A stretch of DNA of 55,967 bases from a virus (IMGVR_UViG_3300034894_000006:1-55967); one strand, 5' to 3'; counted from the first letter of the stretch, positions 42,022 to 52,245 are shown. A program made the numbers and translations. The notes: a model not told the origin generated them from the sequence alone.

Positions 42022-42292
42022 TCACATCTCCTAAAATAGGTACATCTATCGTTGTATTCGTTTGTCCGGCTGTAATAGTACCAGTACCCGAAGTTGAAGT
42101 ATAATCTTGTCCTGCTGTAGCTGTATCATTCTCAGTTGTATAAGTGAACTGCAAATCTAGTGGTTGTGCTCGTATTACCATTACGGTAAACGTCATATTA
42201 GCACTACCTGAGTCTCCTTCATCCAACGACGAGCTGGCCATAGAAACAAAGGATTCAGGGTTACGAGGAGCAAAAGCGTATCTTACACTCAT
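41963..42292 (-). CDS. Calx-beta domain protein
   Basis: EGDSG...TATAGQDY...GT..I.AGQT...I.V.I.GD...E.DETF. Confidence 0.88.
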   Translation of the reverse strand: MSVRYAFAPRNPESFVSMASSSLDEGDSGSANMTFTVMVIRAQPLDLQFTYTTENDTATAGQDYTSTSGTGTITAGQTNTTIDVPILGDVNEEDDETFTMRLTNFRWVF

Positions 42293-42534
42293 TTAGCTAC
42301 AGATTTTCCAAGTTTAGCAACACCTGCCGAAATATGAATACCTAAAGATTTACACTGGAGTTTACCTTTTATAGGTTCTCCATTTTGATCTACCCATTCA
42401 AATCTAGCCGTAGTTCCATCTGTAAAACAAAACTCTACCTCCGAGCCATTCTCCCGGATATAGTCTATAGTTTTGCCTCCACACCAAGCAGAATGAGGAC
42501 CGCCCTTTCGGACGGTCTCACTAAAATCATGCAT
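42289..42534 (-). CDS. Hypothetical protein
   Basis: ORF with ATGA coupling. Confidence 0.65.
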   Translation of the reverse strand: MHDFSETVRKGGPHSAWCGGKTIDYIRENGSEVEFCFTDGTTARFEWVDQNGEPIKGKLQCKSLGIHISAGVAKLGKSVAK

Positions 42535-42535
42535 A

Positions 42536-42985
42536 TTAGCTTATCGTATATACGCCATTGGCGTGCCAGGTAATACTAAAATCACCGGCTGTCAAATTGA
42601 TAACGGCGCCCAAGTCAATAAAAGCTATACACTCGTTATTGGTGGCTGTTTCATTATATATGATACCCCAACGAGCGTCCGTAGGATTAGCCGCATTTTG
42701 CTCAATATCAACGTCAGTAACGTCAAAAGTAGCCGTACCCGCAGCCTGCGCATACGTACCACCAATCGACGGTCCATCATTAATATAATTACCTCCAGCC
42801 GTTACTTCGTTAGTATCGAAGTTCGTAGTACCTCCGGCGCCCCAACATGGTGCCGCCGTAGTTGATGCCGGAGTCACCGCATTAGTAATAAGCCCTAGCG
42901 AAATATCCCCCGTCTCAAGATTATGCACTCCACGACCAATATCCTGTAGGTGCACGTTAAAAACAGTCACATCACCTGCTGCCAT
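42536..42985 (-). CDS. Putative virion protein
   Basis: GAGG SD; EV...GNY..G, G.F.I.W...G. Confidence 0.6.
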   Translation of the reverse strand: MAAGDVTVFNVHLQDIGRGVHNLETGDISLGLITNAVTPASTTAAPCWGAGGTTNFDTNEVTAGGNYINDGPSIGGTYAQAAGTATFDVTDVDIEQNAANPTDARWGIIYNETATNNECIAFIDLGAVINLTAGDFSITWHANGVYTIS

Positions 42986-42991
42986 TTTATA

Positions 42992-43612
42992 TTACCTCTT
43001 CCACATTTTAAATAATTTTTCATGCACCGCACCCAATTTAGCGAAGTGCTCTTGGTTTCCTTGTTTACCAACCTCAACTGTTACACCATGCAACAAGTTA
43101 AGTACCTCTCGATTAATCTCGTCGGGTATGTATGATTGAAGCCAAGTAATGGCAGCAATCCTATCTCCTTTGGTCACTGGATTGACCCAATGGGGTCTCC
43201 AGCAATCATATACTATAGCTATTCCAGGCTTAGCCTTTATCTGCTGGCCATCTATGCACAGTTCCCCACCTTCGTAATCATCAGTAAGAAATAGAGTCAT
43301 GGCTAGATCAGTTCGAATATCTCCCATCATAGAAGCATCCGAATGAATCTTATATTCTCCAGTTTCCTTATACCAGTTGAACTTAGGAGGCAAAACCTTC
43401 TCTATAAACTGATCGGGAATAATAGAAGATTTCTCTATATCTGTATAGATCTGCTTGAGCAGTAGATGACTTTTAATCTCTAAATTACGCTTAGTAGTTC
43501 CTGTTGCTTTCTGAGAGCTAGCTAGCCCTGGTTGCCAAAGTTTATCGTGTTTAAGCTCATTCCCTACATCTCTAGCTACACTTTCTTCTAGTAGCCTATA
43601 AGCTTTAAGCAT
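42992..43612 (-). CDS. PKHD-type Fe(II)/2-oxoglutarate hydroxylase (YbiX/PiuC-like)
   Basis: P.FN.Y, HSD, RTDLA.TLFL, YEGGEL, H.V.PVTKG.R, W.QS. Confidence 0.88.
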   Translation of the reverse strand: MLKAYRLLEESVARDVGNELKHDKLWQPGLASSQKATGTTKRNLEIKSHLLLKQIYTDIEKSSIIPDQFIEKVLPPKFNWYKETGEYKIHSDASMMGDIRTDLAMTLFLTDDYEGGELCIDGQQIKAKPGIAIVYDCWRPHWVNPVTKGDRIAAITWLQSYIPDEINREVLNLLHGVTVEVGKQGNQEHFAKLGAVHEKLFKMWKR

Positions 43613-43618
43613 ATTTAC

Positions 43619-43969
43619 TTATTTCTTCTTAAATTTAAGTACCACCGTACCAGCAGTTACAGAAGCCGAGTTAGTTAAAAGCACGTCTCCCGTAGTACCA
43701 GTACCTCCTGGATTTTTTCGTCCTTCTGTAAAGAACATGACACCAGATCCGGCAGGCATTTCCAATAGCGCAGCATCTGTATCCTGATCCCATTCTAGGA
43801 GAGCATCATCGCCCTCTATAGCCCATTGAGCTTCCACTAGTTTAAGGGTTTCAGTTATACCGAGCGCAGACACATCTACTATGACAGCATCTGTATTGTC
43901 AGCCGCTATATCCAATTCAACGACTAAGTTCCTTGGACCATGCTGCCTAGTTGTAACTGTGACAGCCAT
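43619..43969 (-). CDS. Putative virion protein
   Basis: GGAG SD; G.TGDVLLT; near the capsid gene. Confidence 0.6.
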   Translation of the reverse strand: MAVTVTTRQHGPRNLVVELDIAADNTDAVIVDVSALGITETLKLVEAQWAIEGDDALLEWDQDTDAALLEMPAGSGVMFFTEGRKNPGGTGTTGDVLLTNSASVTAGTVVLKFKKK

Positions 43970-43971
43970 TA

Positions 43972-44739
43972 TTATCTCTCCAGTGCAAACCTAACGTAGT
44001 CTACGTCTATAGTACCGATAGCGCCATTACCGCCAAGAGCACCAATAAAGGGAGCCAGTAAAACATCCTCGGGCACTTGTGCAACTGTGGCCGCACTTAC
44101 AGCCTCGGAGCCATTAACGTAGCCCTTAAGAGATTTGGAAGCATCTACCGAAGCACCGTTATACCATATAGCCAGGGTTACCCATGTGCTATTAGCTAAG
44201 TCAAATGTAGTACCAGAAGCTGCATTAGTAACTGGACCACCATTATCCTTATCGTATACTAGTTGCGGTGTTGCATCACCATCAGATACACCAAAAGCTA
44301 TACCGTCAGCGTTCGACGTATCCCACAAATCCTCAGGATCTGTTGTAGCAGACAAGTCCGAAAGACCAAAGTATAGAGTAGTATCAGTTGCCGCAGCAGT
44401 TCTAACTCTAACTTCCATAAAAAAGCGTTTACCGGAGAGATAGACTTGCTTAGGTAAGTAAATGCCCGCACCTTCCGAAGCCGCATCCGAAGTAATACGA
44501 ATGACTCCATTGGCATTAGCTGCCGCAGAAGTCGCAAAAGAAGCAATGGTTGCGCCGGTATCTATGATAGCGGCATCCCAACCTACAGGAACGTTAGTTG
44601 CAACGTCCCTCTGAAAATCATCGAAAAAGGTAACCCATTCCGCTGAGCTGAACATTCCCATACCAGACCGGTAGGGATAAGCAGTATCCCGAGCGATAGT
44701 AACCGATTCACTAAAACCTGCACGATTTTTACGCGCCAT
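43972..44739 (-). CDS. Putative capsid-associated beta-sandwich protein
   Basis: GGAGG SD; FFDDF...IDVDYV. Confidence 0.6.
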   Translation of the reverse strand: MARKNRAGFSESVTIARDTAYPYRSGMGMFSSAEWVTFFDDFQRDVATNVPVGWDAAIIDTGATIASFATSAAANANGVIRITSDAASEGAGIYLPKQVYLSGKRFFMEVRVRTAAATDTTLYFGLSDLSATTDPEDLWDTSNADGIAFGVSDGDATPQLVYDKDNGGPVTNAASGTTFDLANSTWVTLAIWYNGASVDASKSLKGYVNGSEAVSAATVAQVPEDVLLAPFIGALGGNGAIGTIDVDYVRFALER

Positions 44740-44802
44740 AGTTATTCCTCCAACAAATAAAAAAGCAGGATGATATAGCTCACCCTGCGAAAGCCTCTAG
44801 AG

Positions 44803-45714
44803 TTAAGCTCCAGGAGTACCGTAGATTGCTCTCCAATCCGACCAACCCGTGCTAAAGCGCATATAGAGCTTAGCCTTCGCGTTGTCTGTATCGAAGTCCG
44901 AATCCTTCTTGAACGACACCGACTCACGATCAAACCAACACAGACCTTCGGGCGCATTGGTCCGAATGAACCAAGCGTCAGTATCTGTAAAGTAATGGTT
45001 TGTTTTCGCTCCCGGAACAGCGCCAGTGCTACGCACCGCGTTGATCGCATTAAGCGAAGAATCGTTCTGCAGTGTAGATGCAAGAACCCGTTCGAACTCG
45101 TAGACTAGATTCACCGGACCAAGCAACGTTTGGGGCTTCAACGAGATACGGAGACCTCGCGAATTCTTAGCGTTCATGATCTGGATTGTCATATCTTCCA
45201 ACGACAGCTCGTTAAAGTCCGAAGCTGTTGCTAGAACGTTGGATTGAGTAGTAGCACCATTAGCCGTCGGATGATCCGACACTATAAGTGCTTTACCATC
45301 GGCACCAGTATAAGAAGTATTGAACGCGCGATTATAAATCTGCGCACCCACGTTCTCCCTTGTTTGATTAGCCGAAAAAGCGAGCGCTGTAGCACGCTGA
45401 CGAGACACAGACTCGTACAAATTATCCGAAAGCTCTTCGTGAGTAACGATGTACCCAAGCGAATATGCAATATGGACAAAGCGCGACACCGCACCCTGCG
45501 AATGGCTGTCATAAGTAGACGAACCACCCTCGTCCTTCACCGGGACTAGACCAAAGCCTGTCGTTTCGACGAGCTCTTCGTAGTTGCGGCTAGAAGTCTT
45601 AACGTCGAACAAGTCAGTATATTCCTTGTCCAGTTCGTTGTACTTATTACCAAACAACTCGTAAATGCCCGGCCAAAGGAGCTTCGGATGATTACCAGTA
45701 TTAATTGCTGCCAT
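44803..45714 (-). CDS. Major capsid protein
   Basis: AGGAG SD; LWPGI, GFGL..VK.EG, DTDAWF, R.S.GW.DWR..YG.PG; follows scaffold. Confidence 0.85.
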   Translation of the reverse strand: MAAINTGNHPKLLWPGIYELFGNKYNELDKEYTDLFDVKTSSRNYEELVETTGFGLVPVKDEGGSSTYDSHSQGAVSRFVHIAYSLGYIVTHEELSDNLYESVSRQRATALAFSANQTRENVGAQIYNRAFNTSYTGADGKALIVSDHPTANGATTQSNVLATASDFNELSLEDMTIQIMNAKNSRGLRISLKPQTLLGPVNLVYEFERVLASTLQNDSSLNAINAVRSTGAVPGAKTNHYFTDTDAWFIRTNAPEGLCWFDRESVSFKKDSDFDTDNAKAKLYMRFSTGWSDWRAIYGTPGA

Positions 45715-45726
45715 CTAAATCTCCTA

Positions 45727-46332
45727 TTAAGGCTCAGTCGTACCAGGGGTAACCAATTCATGCATGGCCCCGTTAATCTTCACTCGCCACATCGCTGTAG
45801 ACGTAGTGCCCGAGCCCAATTCCGAGTCCGGACGATTAACTTTACCAAGCAACTTTAGTTGTCCCGTGGCTGTACCCGAGGGGAAAGATGAACTGTCAAG
45901 CAAAGCACCCGAACGACCATAAGTCGTATTCGCTGTACCCGCTACTGCGATACCTAGATTGCCAACATCGCCAACCACAAGGACCGCGCCAGCCCCATCT
46001 TCACCTATAATAAACTCCTGATCCGGGTCATCTGCAACTAGCACATATGCCGCTGTAGATGCCGCCCGATATGGAACCGTAAGCGGAGTCGAAGTCTTTG
46101 TTTCGTCAGTAACTGCAAGGACGCCGACTACAACACCCAACCACTGATTATTAGCGGTATAGGTGGCTTTGGTAACACTCGGGTAGTTGCCCTGCGTATC
46201 TGCAGAGCCCGCAAAAGCAACCGGATCACCGATATACACCGCAGTACCGTCGGAAGCTGGTATAAAATACCGATTCACTCCGGCCGTATAGGGCGTATTG
46301 CTGCCTCGCTTCACAGGAATAAAACCTGTCAT
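45727..46332 (-). CDS. Capsid-associated (decoration/minor capsid) protein
   Basis: A.Y.GDPV, YVLVADDPD; between scaffold and capsid genes. Confidence 0.6.
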   Translation of the reverse strand: MTGFIPVKRGSNTPYTAGVNRYFIPASDGTAVYIGDPVAFAGSADTQGNYPSVTKATYTANNQWLGVVVGVLAVTDETKTSTPLTVPYRAASTAAYVLVADDPDQEFIIGEDGAGAVLVVGDVGNLGIAVAGTANTTYGRSGALLDSSSFPSGTATGQLKLLGKVNRPDSELGSGTTSTAMWRVKINGAMHELVTPGTTEP

Positions 46333-46386
46333 ATTATATTATCTCCTAATATAAATTTACCCATAAATCCGAGGCTCTTCGTAATA

Positions 46387-46827
46387 CTATCTTTCGTAGT
46401 GATTACGGTACTTAACGTCGAGGCCGTAAGAGTTTGGAACTCCAGACGATCCACCACCGAATATAGCTTCATCCACCGCGTCAGCGGCTTCTTGCTTCAG
46501 CGCGAAGTCTTCTTTCCAATACTCTTCTTTAATCCTCATCAGATAAGTTGTAAGAGTCTCGTTTACCCTTTTGGAAACAGCACTATTGAGGTTGTTGTTC
46601 TGATTGTTGACATCGGTATCACCCGTGGTCTTACTCTTCAACATCTTATTAGTAACATGCTCGTAACCTGCTTCCTTTGCTCGTTCGATTCTATCTTGCA
46701 CATCGTTAAACCAGTGGTACACAAATCCGTCGTCACGAACAGGAACCGACAATCGTCTACGAGGCCCACCAAACGGCACTCTGTCTCTTGCGCCTTTTTC
46801 ATTTTCTGGCAACTTCTCTCTACTCAT
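46387..46827 (-). CDS. Hypothetical head-module protein
   Basis: G..Y.W.ND, GYE.V, YLM.I. Confidence 0.7.
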   Translation of the reverse strand: MSREKLPENEKGARDRVPFGGPRRRLSVPVRDDGFVYHWFNDVQDRIERAKEAGYEHVTNKMLKSKTTGDTDVNNQNNNLNSAVSKRVNETLTTYLMRIKEEYWKEDFALKQEAADAVDEAIFGGGSSGVPNSYGLDVKYRNHYER

Positions 46828-46830
46828 TTC

Positions 46831-47604
46831 TTACTCCCAGTACAGGGCCGCGTATTTAGCACGCCCTTCATCACTTGCTTTAAAGATACCTTCCTTAGCC
46901 AGCCTATTGAATTCGGCTTTAGCTTCCGGAGGCATCGAGTTATAAGTCTTAGGTCCTTTAGTTTGAGGAACAGAAGTCTGAGCTTCTATCTCAACCTCAG
47001 GAGCCTGAGTCTTCTTTTTGTTTTCAAACTTGTGTGGCAATTCTGTCTTAACGTATTTCGCCACTTCGTCCATAAATTCACGATCCTCTAAGAATGGTTG
47101 AGCTTCCCGTAGTTCTTTGGCATATGTCTCTGCTACTGCTGTTGCAGCACGATCCTTACCATACCACGGATTCTCTTGCATCCACTCCTGTGCCCATTCG
47201 GGTGGAGGACCAGACTGTTGTGTTTGCTCTTGGGGAATTTTTACAGCATCTTGCTGCTTTCGTACATCCTGCAATCGCTTCTCTGCCCTGTCAAAGGCTT
47301 CGCCATCGCCTGCACTTACAGCACGCTTACGCTCTTGTTCGAGCTGTGCTGCTAGGCCATTAAGCTGCGCTGCGTGAGCTTTCTCTTGACGCTCCATATA
47401 ACGTTTAAAATCGTTATTTAGCTGCTCTTGATACTTAAGACGCTTCTCTGTACGATCTAGCCTATCCTTGACTATACCTACGTACTTATCCCCTCGTTCT
47501 ACGAAGGTTTTAGCGTCTACCCACTTCTCCGAATCCCCCTCATACTCTTCTTGAGGCTTCCAGCCTTGAGCACGAGCTTCATTATCATAATCTCTATCTT
47601 CCAT
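46831..47604 (-). CDS. Scaffolding protein
   Basis: A...GW.P, WVDA..F, coiled coil, W...NPW. Confidence 0.7.
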   Translation of the reverse strand: MEDRDYDNEARAQGWKPQEEYEGDSEKWVDAKTFVERGDKYVGIVKDRLDRTEKRLKYQEQLNNDFKRYMERQEKAHAAQLNGLAAQLEQERKRAVSAGDGEAFDRAEKRLQDVRKQQDAVKIPQEQTQQSGPPPEWAQEWMQENPWYGKDRAATAVAETYAKELREAQPFLEDREFMDEVAKYVKTELPHKFENKKKTQAPEVEIEAQTSVPQTKGPKTYNSMPPEAKAEFNRLAKEGIFKASDEGRAKYAALYWE

Positions 47605-48002
47605 TACTTCTTACTCACTCCACCTTTCTTACGTCCATCGAACTCTGTAAACGTAACACCCTCTTCTATGAGTGCTGTTATATCTATATCGTTCAGGACT
47701 CTATACTCTACGCCATCCTTGCCCCAAACCTTCTGTCCGCCGTACTTGGCAAACATCACCTTATCCCCAACCTTGGCAAACGGAGTCGAGAAGCCTCGAA
47801 CTGTTGTGCCCTCATTGCTGTACTCGGTATAATGTTTCCAAGAGTCTGGGCCCACACTTATAAGAGTGCCTGAGGTTTGGGCATCCATGTGATGGGATAA
47901 CACCGTTTCCGGTATCACGATCCCACCTTGAGTGGTTTCCTCAATAACATCGGGTTTAACAAGAACTCTATCTCCACACGGATAAATGCCTGATTTATTC
48001 AT
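47604..48002 (-). CDS. groES: Co-chaperonin GroES
   Basis: P.GDRVLV, ETTQGGIVIP, VGP, KVGDKV.F.KYGG, Y.VL.D.DI.A. Confidence 0.92.
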   Translation of the reverse strand: MNKSGIYPCGDRVLVKPDVIEETTQGGIVIPETVLSHHMDAQTSGTLISVGPDSWKHYTEYSNEGTTVRGFSTPFAKVGDKVMFAKYGGQKVWGKDGVEYRVLNDIDITALIEEGVTFTEFDGRKKGGVSKK

Positions 48003-48288
48003 CGTCTAATCTATCTCCTATTACTTCTATATTTTGACTTGTAAACAAGTCCTCTATCTCTGATTCGCCTAGTTCTATTAGACCTTTAATCGTTTCATAG
48101 GCGTCTTCTTCTCCGAGCAATTTCATTCGATATTCCTGGGTACTGTGTGCATCCCCTGGTAGCAAATAATTAGCTCGATTTTCGTAACATGCGTCTATCT
48201 TACGTCTAAGTGCCTCTAGAACTAGTTGAGTTATTGGATTTTCAGTCCATTCTGTAAACTCACTTCTTAGAACTATCCTTCGCTCCAT
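47995..48288 (-). CDS. Hypothetical protein
   Basis: AGGAG SD; F.EW..NPIT. Confidence 0.7.
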   Translation of the reverse strand: MERRIVLRSEFTEWTENPITQLVLEALRRKIDACYENRANYLLPGDAHSTQEYRMKLLGEEDAYETIKGLIELGESEIEDLFTSQNIEVIGDRLDDE

Positions 48289-50593
48289 TCTCCTTCTTCA
48301 CCTTAGCCTGCTGTTTCGCGGACTCTACCTTTTGATCCCCAAGTTTCTTTTGGGTATCTACCTTATCATCAGACATTTCCTTCTGATTCTCGACTTCGTG
48401 CTCCTTGACTTCCATATCCAAGGCCGCCTCCTCTCTCTTAATCTCTAGCTCTTCGCGCTTGATCTGAAGTTCTAGGAGTTTAATCATGGCATCTATCTTG
48501 CCCTTCATTTCCTCGCGCTTCATCTTCATCATCTCTTGGATTACCTTGAGCTTATCCGAAGCATCGCCTTGACCCACCTGCTGGGCCTCTGCTTGGGCTT
48601 TCATGGCCTGCGCTTCCTTGAGCATGATGTCAGCTTCAGCTATAGCAGCATCCACTTCTCCGCGGATTTTACCTTCTATAGCCTTACGCTGCAGATCGGT
48701 CTTTTCCAGTTCCAACTCGGGATTTGGCTGAGGCGGAAAGACATACTTGCCGTCCGGTGTAATCGGGAATACTTCCTGCACATCGGGAATATCCATAGCC
48801 TCCAACCATCGCTGTTCCACAGCAATTGGGTTGTAGCCAGGTGTACTCATAGCTGCTTGCTTGAGAGCCGCTGCCTTGGTGAGGGCTTCCATATTGGAGA
48901 AAGCGTTAGGATCAGCCGCAGGCATAAGGTCCTTCGGATCACCTAAAAAGTCATTTTGAAGTACCTTAAATTCACCGTCCAAAGTTTCAAAATAGGTTTC
49001 AGGATCTAAGTATTCCGAATTGCAGATATACACCTTGCGCAATTCACTGCGGAAGGATCTGTATATACGCTTGAATACACCGTTAAATACTTGGAGACCT
49101 TGCTCTAACATGGCCGACATATTGTAGGCCGGAGTATTCTGGCCAGGATTCTCTCCCGACATAACATCCGTAACCGAGCCAATTCGCTCAGCATACTGAA
49201 TAAGGAGCCCTAGTAACTGGAATAGAACTGGCGAAGGAGCATTGACCGGTAGCGGAACCAACGAGTCCTTCAGCGTAGCGCCAGCCACTGCCACTCTCTT
49301 CCATTCATAGGGCTCAAATCGTACACGTCCGCCTTGTATTCTGGCGCCTTTGCCTATAAACCCTTGTGATCCTTGCTGCAAAGTGCCTGAATCAATAAGC
49401 TGATTGATGAGCGTATCCACAGACATATTGATAGGGCCAAGAAGCTGACCAAAACCAAGATCGTAGAAACCACCATCGGGAGCAGGAATAAAAGAATACT
49501 TAGTATAGTGAACTTTCGGTTCAATACGTATAATATTAGGCGGTTGAGCAAGAAGTTGCTCCTTCATGCTTTTTAGTTGCATGACTTGCTGCTCTATCTG
49601 CTGGATTTTTTGAAGAGCCATACGCTGTTGCTCCGGTGGCATTCTCTGCACCAACGGCAACGGAGGTATAGATTGAGCAAGCAAGAAAGCTTGCTTTTGA
49701 AGTCTATCAGCTTGAATAGATTGCTGAGAGATGATTTTACGGAATCTAGTTTTGATGCGAACAGCAAGTCCGAGCGTTTTATCCACTGTTATTGTGTACG
49801 GCTCGTTGACACCATCGCCATCTAAATCCCAGAAACAATGCGATTCCAACATATCTCGGGGTACTTGGTCATCTCCGATAGGGGCGGAGAGACCTTGTCT
49901 TTGATCACTGTCCTCATTACGCTCTTTAGAGCTAGTATCGCCGTTGACCACATCGTACTCGATGTATATTTTTTTAAGCTGGCGTTCTACTATTTCGGAC
50001 GGATAAAGCTCAAAAATCTCGGTGGCACGACTACGCTCAAGATCTTTGGCATAGTAGTGAACTGCGAGATTCTTAGGGAAAACTATTCGGCTACGACACT
50101 TTTCAATCATAGGGTCGTACATGGTCTTCTTGAACATGCACCCCATAATCGGGAGAGCTATCATCAGCTTGTCTTGCTCTTCCTCCCAGTGTTCATCCTC
50201 ATCTAAAAGCTGATAGGACATATATTTGCCCACACGGTATGCTCGACTGGCCTTTTGACCTTGTGGATCACGGCCCACAATTCGGTACTTAACTAAGTCG
50301 GGGGCCTTTATTAGTGCCGGATAAACTCTCGCCGAGAACTGCAAAGCAGCTATCGTCAAGAGGGGAAACTTAACATTTGAAGCATTAGGCCACGGGTAGG
50401 ACTTAGTCTCTACGACTTGCATAGCCAAATTCATGGCGGCTTTATTCTTTTCTAGCCACCCGGATCTGCTTTCCTCGTCCGTAGTATACCAATGTATAAC
50501 TTTATTACCGATATACTTTAGTTGCTGCTCGTCGAGCAAATCGGCGATATTATCGGCTTTGAGAATCTCTTCTATTGGAATCTGAATATCCAT
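48260..50593 (-). CDS. Portal protein
   Basis: 777 aa after terL; PWPNASNVK.P, G..FKK, P.PDG.FY..G, C-terminal coiled coil. Confidence 0.88.
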   Translation of the reverse strand: MDIQIPIEEILKADNIADLLDEQQLKYIGNKVIHWYTTDEESRSGWLEKNKAAMNLAMQVVETKSYPWPNASNVKFPLLTIAALQFSARVYPALIKAPDLVKYRIVGRDPQGQKASRAYRVGKYMSYQLLDEDEHWEEEQDKLMIALPIMGCMFKKTMYDPMIEKCRSRIVFPKNLAVHYYAKDLERSRATEIFELYPSEIVERQLKKIYIEYDVVNGDTSSKERNEDSDQRQGLSAPIGDDQVPRDMLESHCFWDLDGDGVNEPYTITVDKTLGLAVRIKTRFRKIISQQSIQADRLQKQAFLLAQSIPPLPLVQRMPPEQQRMALQKIQQIEQQVMQLKSMKEQLLAQPPNIIRIEPKVHYTKYSFIPAPDGGFYDLGFGQLLGPINMSVDTLINQLIDSGTLQQGSQGFIGKGARIQGGRVRFEPYEWKRVAVAGATLKDSLVPLPVNAPSPVLFQLLGLLIQYAERIGSVTDVMSGENPGQNTPAYNMSAMLEQGLQVFNGVFKRIYRSFRSELRKVYICNSEYLDPETYFETLDGEFKVLQNDFLGDPKDLMPAADPNAFSNMEALTKAAALKQAAMSTPGYNPIAVEQRWLEAMDIPDVQEVFPITPDGKYVFPPQPNPELELEKTDLQRKAIEGKIRGEVDAAIAEADIMLKEAQAMKAQAEAQQVGQGDASDKLKVIQEMMKMKREEMKGKIDAMIKLLELQIKREELEIKREEAALDMEVKEHEVENQKEMSDDKVDTQKKLGDQKVESAKQQAKVKKENGAKDSSKK

Positions 50594-52245
50594 TAATAAC
50601 CTGTAACCTCGTTACGGCCAAACTCTCCAAACTCTTCCAACATTATTTCATATTCCTCTTCCGCTTCTTCCTCAGGAGTAGGCGGATTAACCATTTCTTC
50701 CAAAGTTAGACCTATCCACGCCAATGCGTCCACTTGGTCAACTCTAGGGTGCTTAGGGTAACTTACGAGCTCTTCTTCGAGATCGGGGTACCATTCGGCT
50801 TGTTTGTCGAATCTGACCTTTCCTGCACGCATCCTGGCACGGATCGCTTGCGCTCTCTGGTCTTTGTCTTTCGTCGGTTTACCAGTCGAGATAGGGAGGT
50901 ATTCTTGGCGCTCATCCATCTCCTTGTTTATGACGGAACCTAGCGCTTTTGCTATATTCTCTTCCTCGATCCTCATTACCTCAGGTTGCCATCGATTATT
51001 GACGGAAAACAGTTCTTCGATAATCTCCAAACCATCCCATCTACCTCGTCTAACATCCAGAATATTGAGAAACCCATCTGAGTCCATACCACCAATTATC
51101 ATGGCAGTCATAGCAGACCGCTTCTTTTCGGATATAGCTAAGTCAATTCCTACGTATATCGTTTTCTTAGTCTCAAAGTGCTGAGGTTCCATCGGTAGAA
51201 AATCGGATCTACGGAAAAAGGCCGTGGTAGGATCAATCGGATAATTTAGGTATTCTTGCCCGTAAACATCTAATTGGCCTATCTCCGCATATTCTTGTCG
51301 TTTAGCTAGTAACGACTGTTTTGTGAATTGCTGAGGCCACAGTAGTTGACTAAAGTCTTCGTTATGAGCCTTGTACTTTACAGAAAACCAGGCTCTATCT
51401 TTTCGCTTACTATATGTTCTAAGCCCATCCTGGAACGTATCAATGTCCTTAGGAGGGGGCATAAAGTTTTCGAGCAACGAATCGAGGTGCATGATCGTAC
51501 CAACGACCCGGATCTTTCCGCCTTCTTTAGTAATAGGCAACACGGCACCCAAAAACCACTTCTTAAACTTGTCTCGTCTGATATCATTGGCTACTAATTC
51601 TTCGTCTTCCATGTCATCACAAAGTACGTAATCAGGTCTTTTGCGTTCCCACTTGAGACCGCGCATACGCTGGTTTGCGCCCTTGGCTACTACACGGAAC
51701 TTGTAACCATCTTTCATTCGAACTATCATCTCGGTTTCTTGGTCCTTAGTGAACTCTTGAATACCGAAATGGTCTATTAGAAGCTCATTTTCTTGAAGCT
51801 CAATCTTGGTGTCCTTCAAGAAGGCACTTGCCAACTCCTCGTTTGAGGAGATAATAAGCATGTGTTGACTGCGTCGTGTTAGAAGAAGGAACAGCGCGTA
51901 CGCAAAAGTAATAGCAGTGCTCTTTGCGTGGCCGCGAGGTGCAGCAATGGCAACCTTTTGGTGCCCACTGGAGCAGAGTGCCCACATTTCTTCGTGAAAC
52001 GACGGAATTTGCTTGGGTTCATCATATCGACTGTGTAAATACGCAACAGAAAAACCTAATATAGTCTTTGCTGTATGTTTCGCCTTACCTGAAATAAAGT
52101 GCCAAATACCATCTTGATATGAGTATCCATCCGTGGGGTCCTTGACAAAGTACTCCCTATTGCCATTCTCGGCATAATAGAAAGTAGGATCATCTTTACT
52201 GAGTAGCGACGATTCTATCGTGGTATTTGTCGGCGAGTTCGGCAA
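50593..52245 (-). CDS. terL: Terminase large subunit (start uncertain)
   Basis: APRGHAKST, RG..., LCDD.ED, VGT, QEYLN.P, GIDLA, DQVDA. Confidence 0.93.
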   Translation of the reverse strand: MPNSPTNTTIESSLLSKDDPTFYYAENGNREYFVKDPTDGYSYQDGIWHFISGKAKHTAKTILGFSVAYLHSRYDEPKQIPSFHEEMWALCSSGHQKVAIAAPRGHAKSTAITFAYALFLLLTRRSQHMLIISSNEELASAFLKDTKIELQENELLIDHFGIQEFTKDQETEMIVRMKDGYKFRVVAKGANQRMRGLKWERKRPDYVLCDDMEDEELVANDIRRDKFKKWFLGAVLPITKEGGKIRVVGTIMHLDSLLENFMPPPKDIDTFQDGLRTYSKRKDRAWFSVKYKAHNEDFSQLLWPQQFTKQSLLAKRQEYAEIGQLDVYGQEYLNYPIDPTTAFFRRSDFLPMEPQHFETKKTIYVGIDLAISEKKRSAMTAMIIGGMDSDGFLNILDVRRGRWDGLEIIEELFSVNNRWQPEVMRIEEENIAKALGSVINKEMDERQEYLPISTGKPTKDKDQRAQAIRARMRAGKVRFDKQAEWYPDLEEELVSYPKHPRVDQVDALAWIGLTLEEMVNPPTPEEEAEEEYEIMLEEFGEFGRNEVTGY

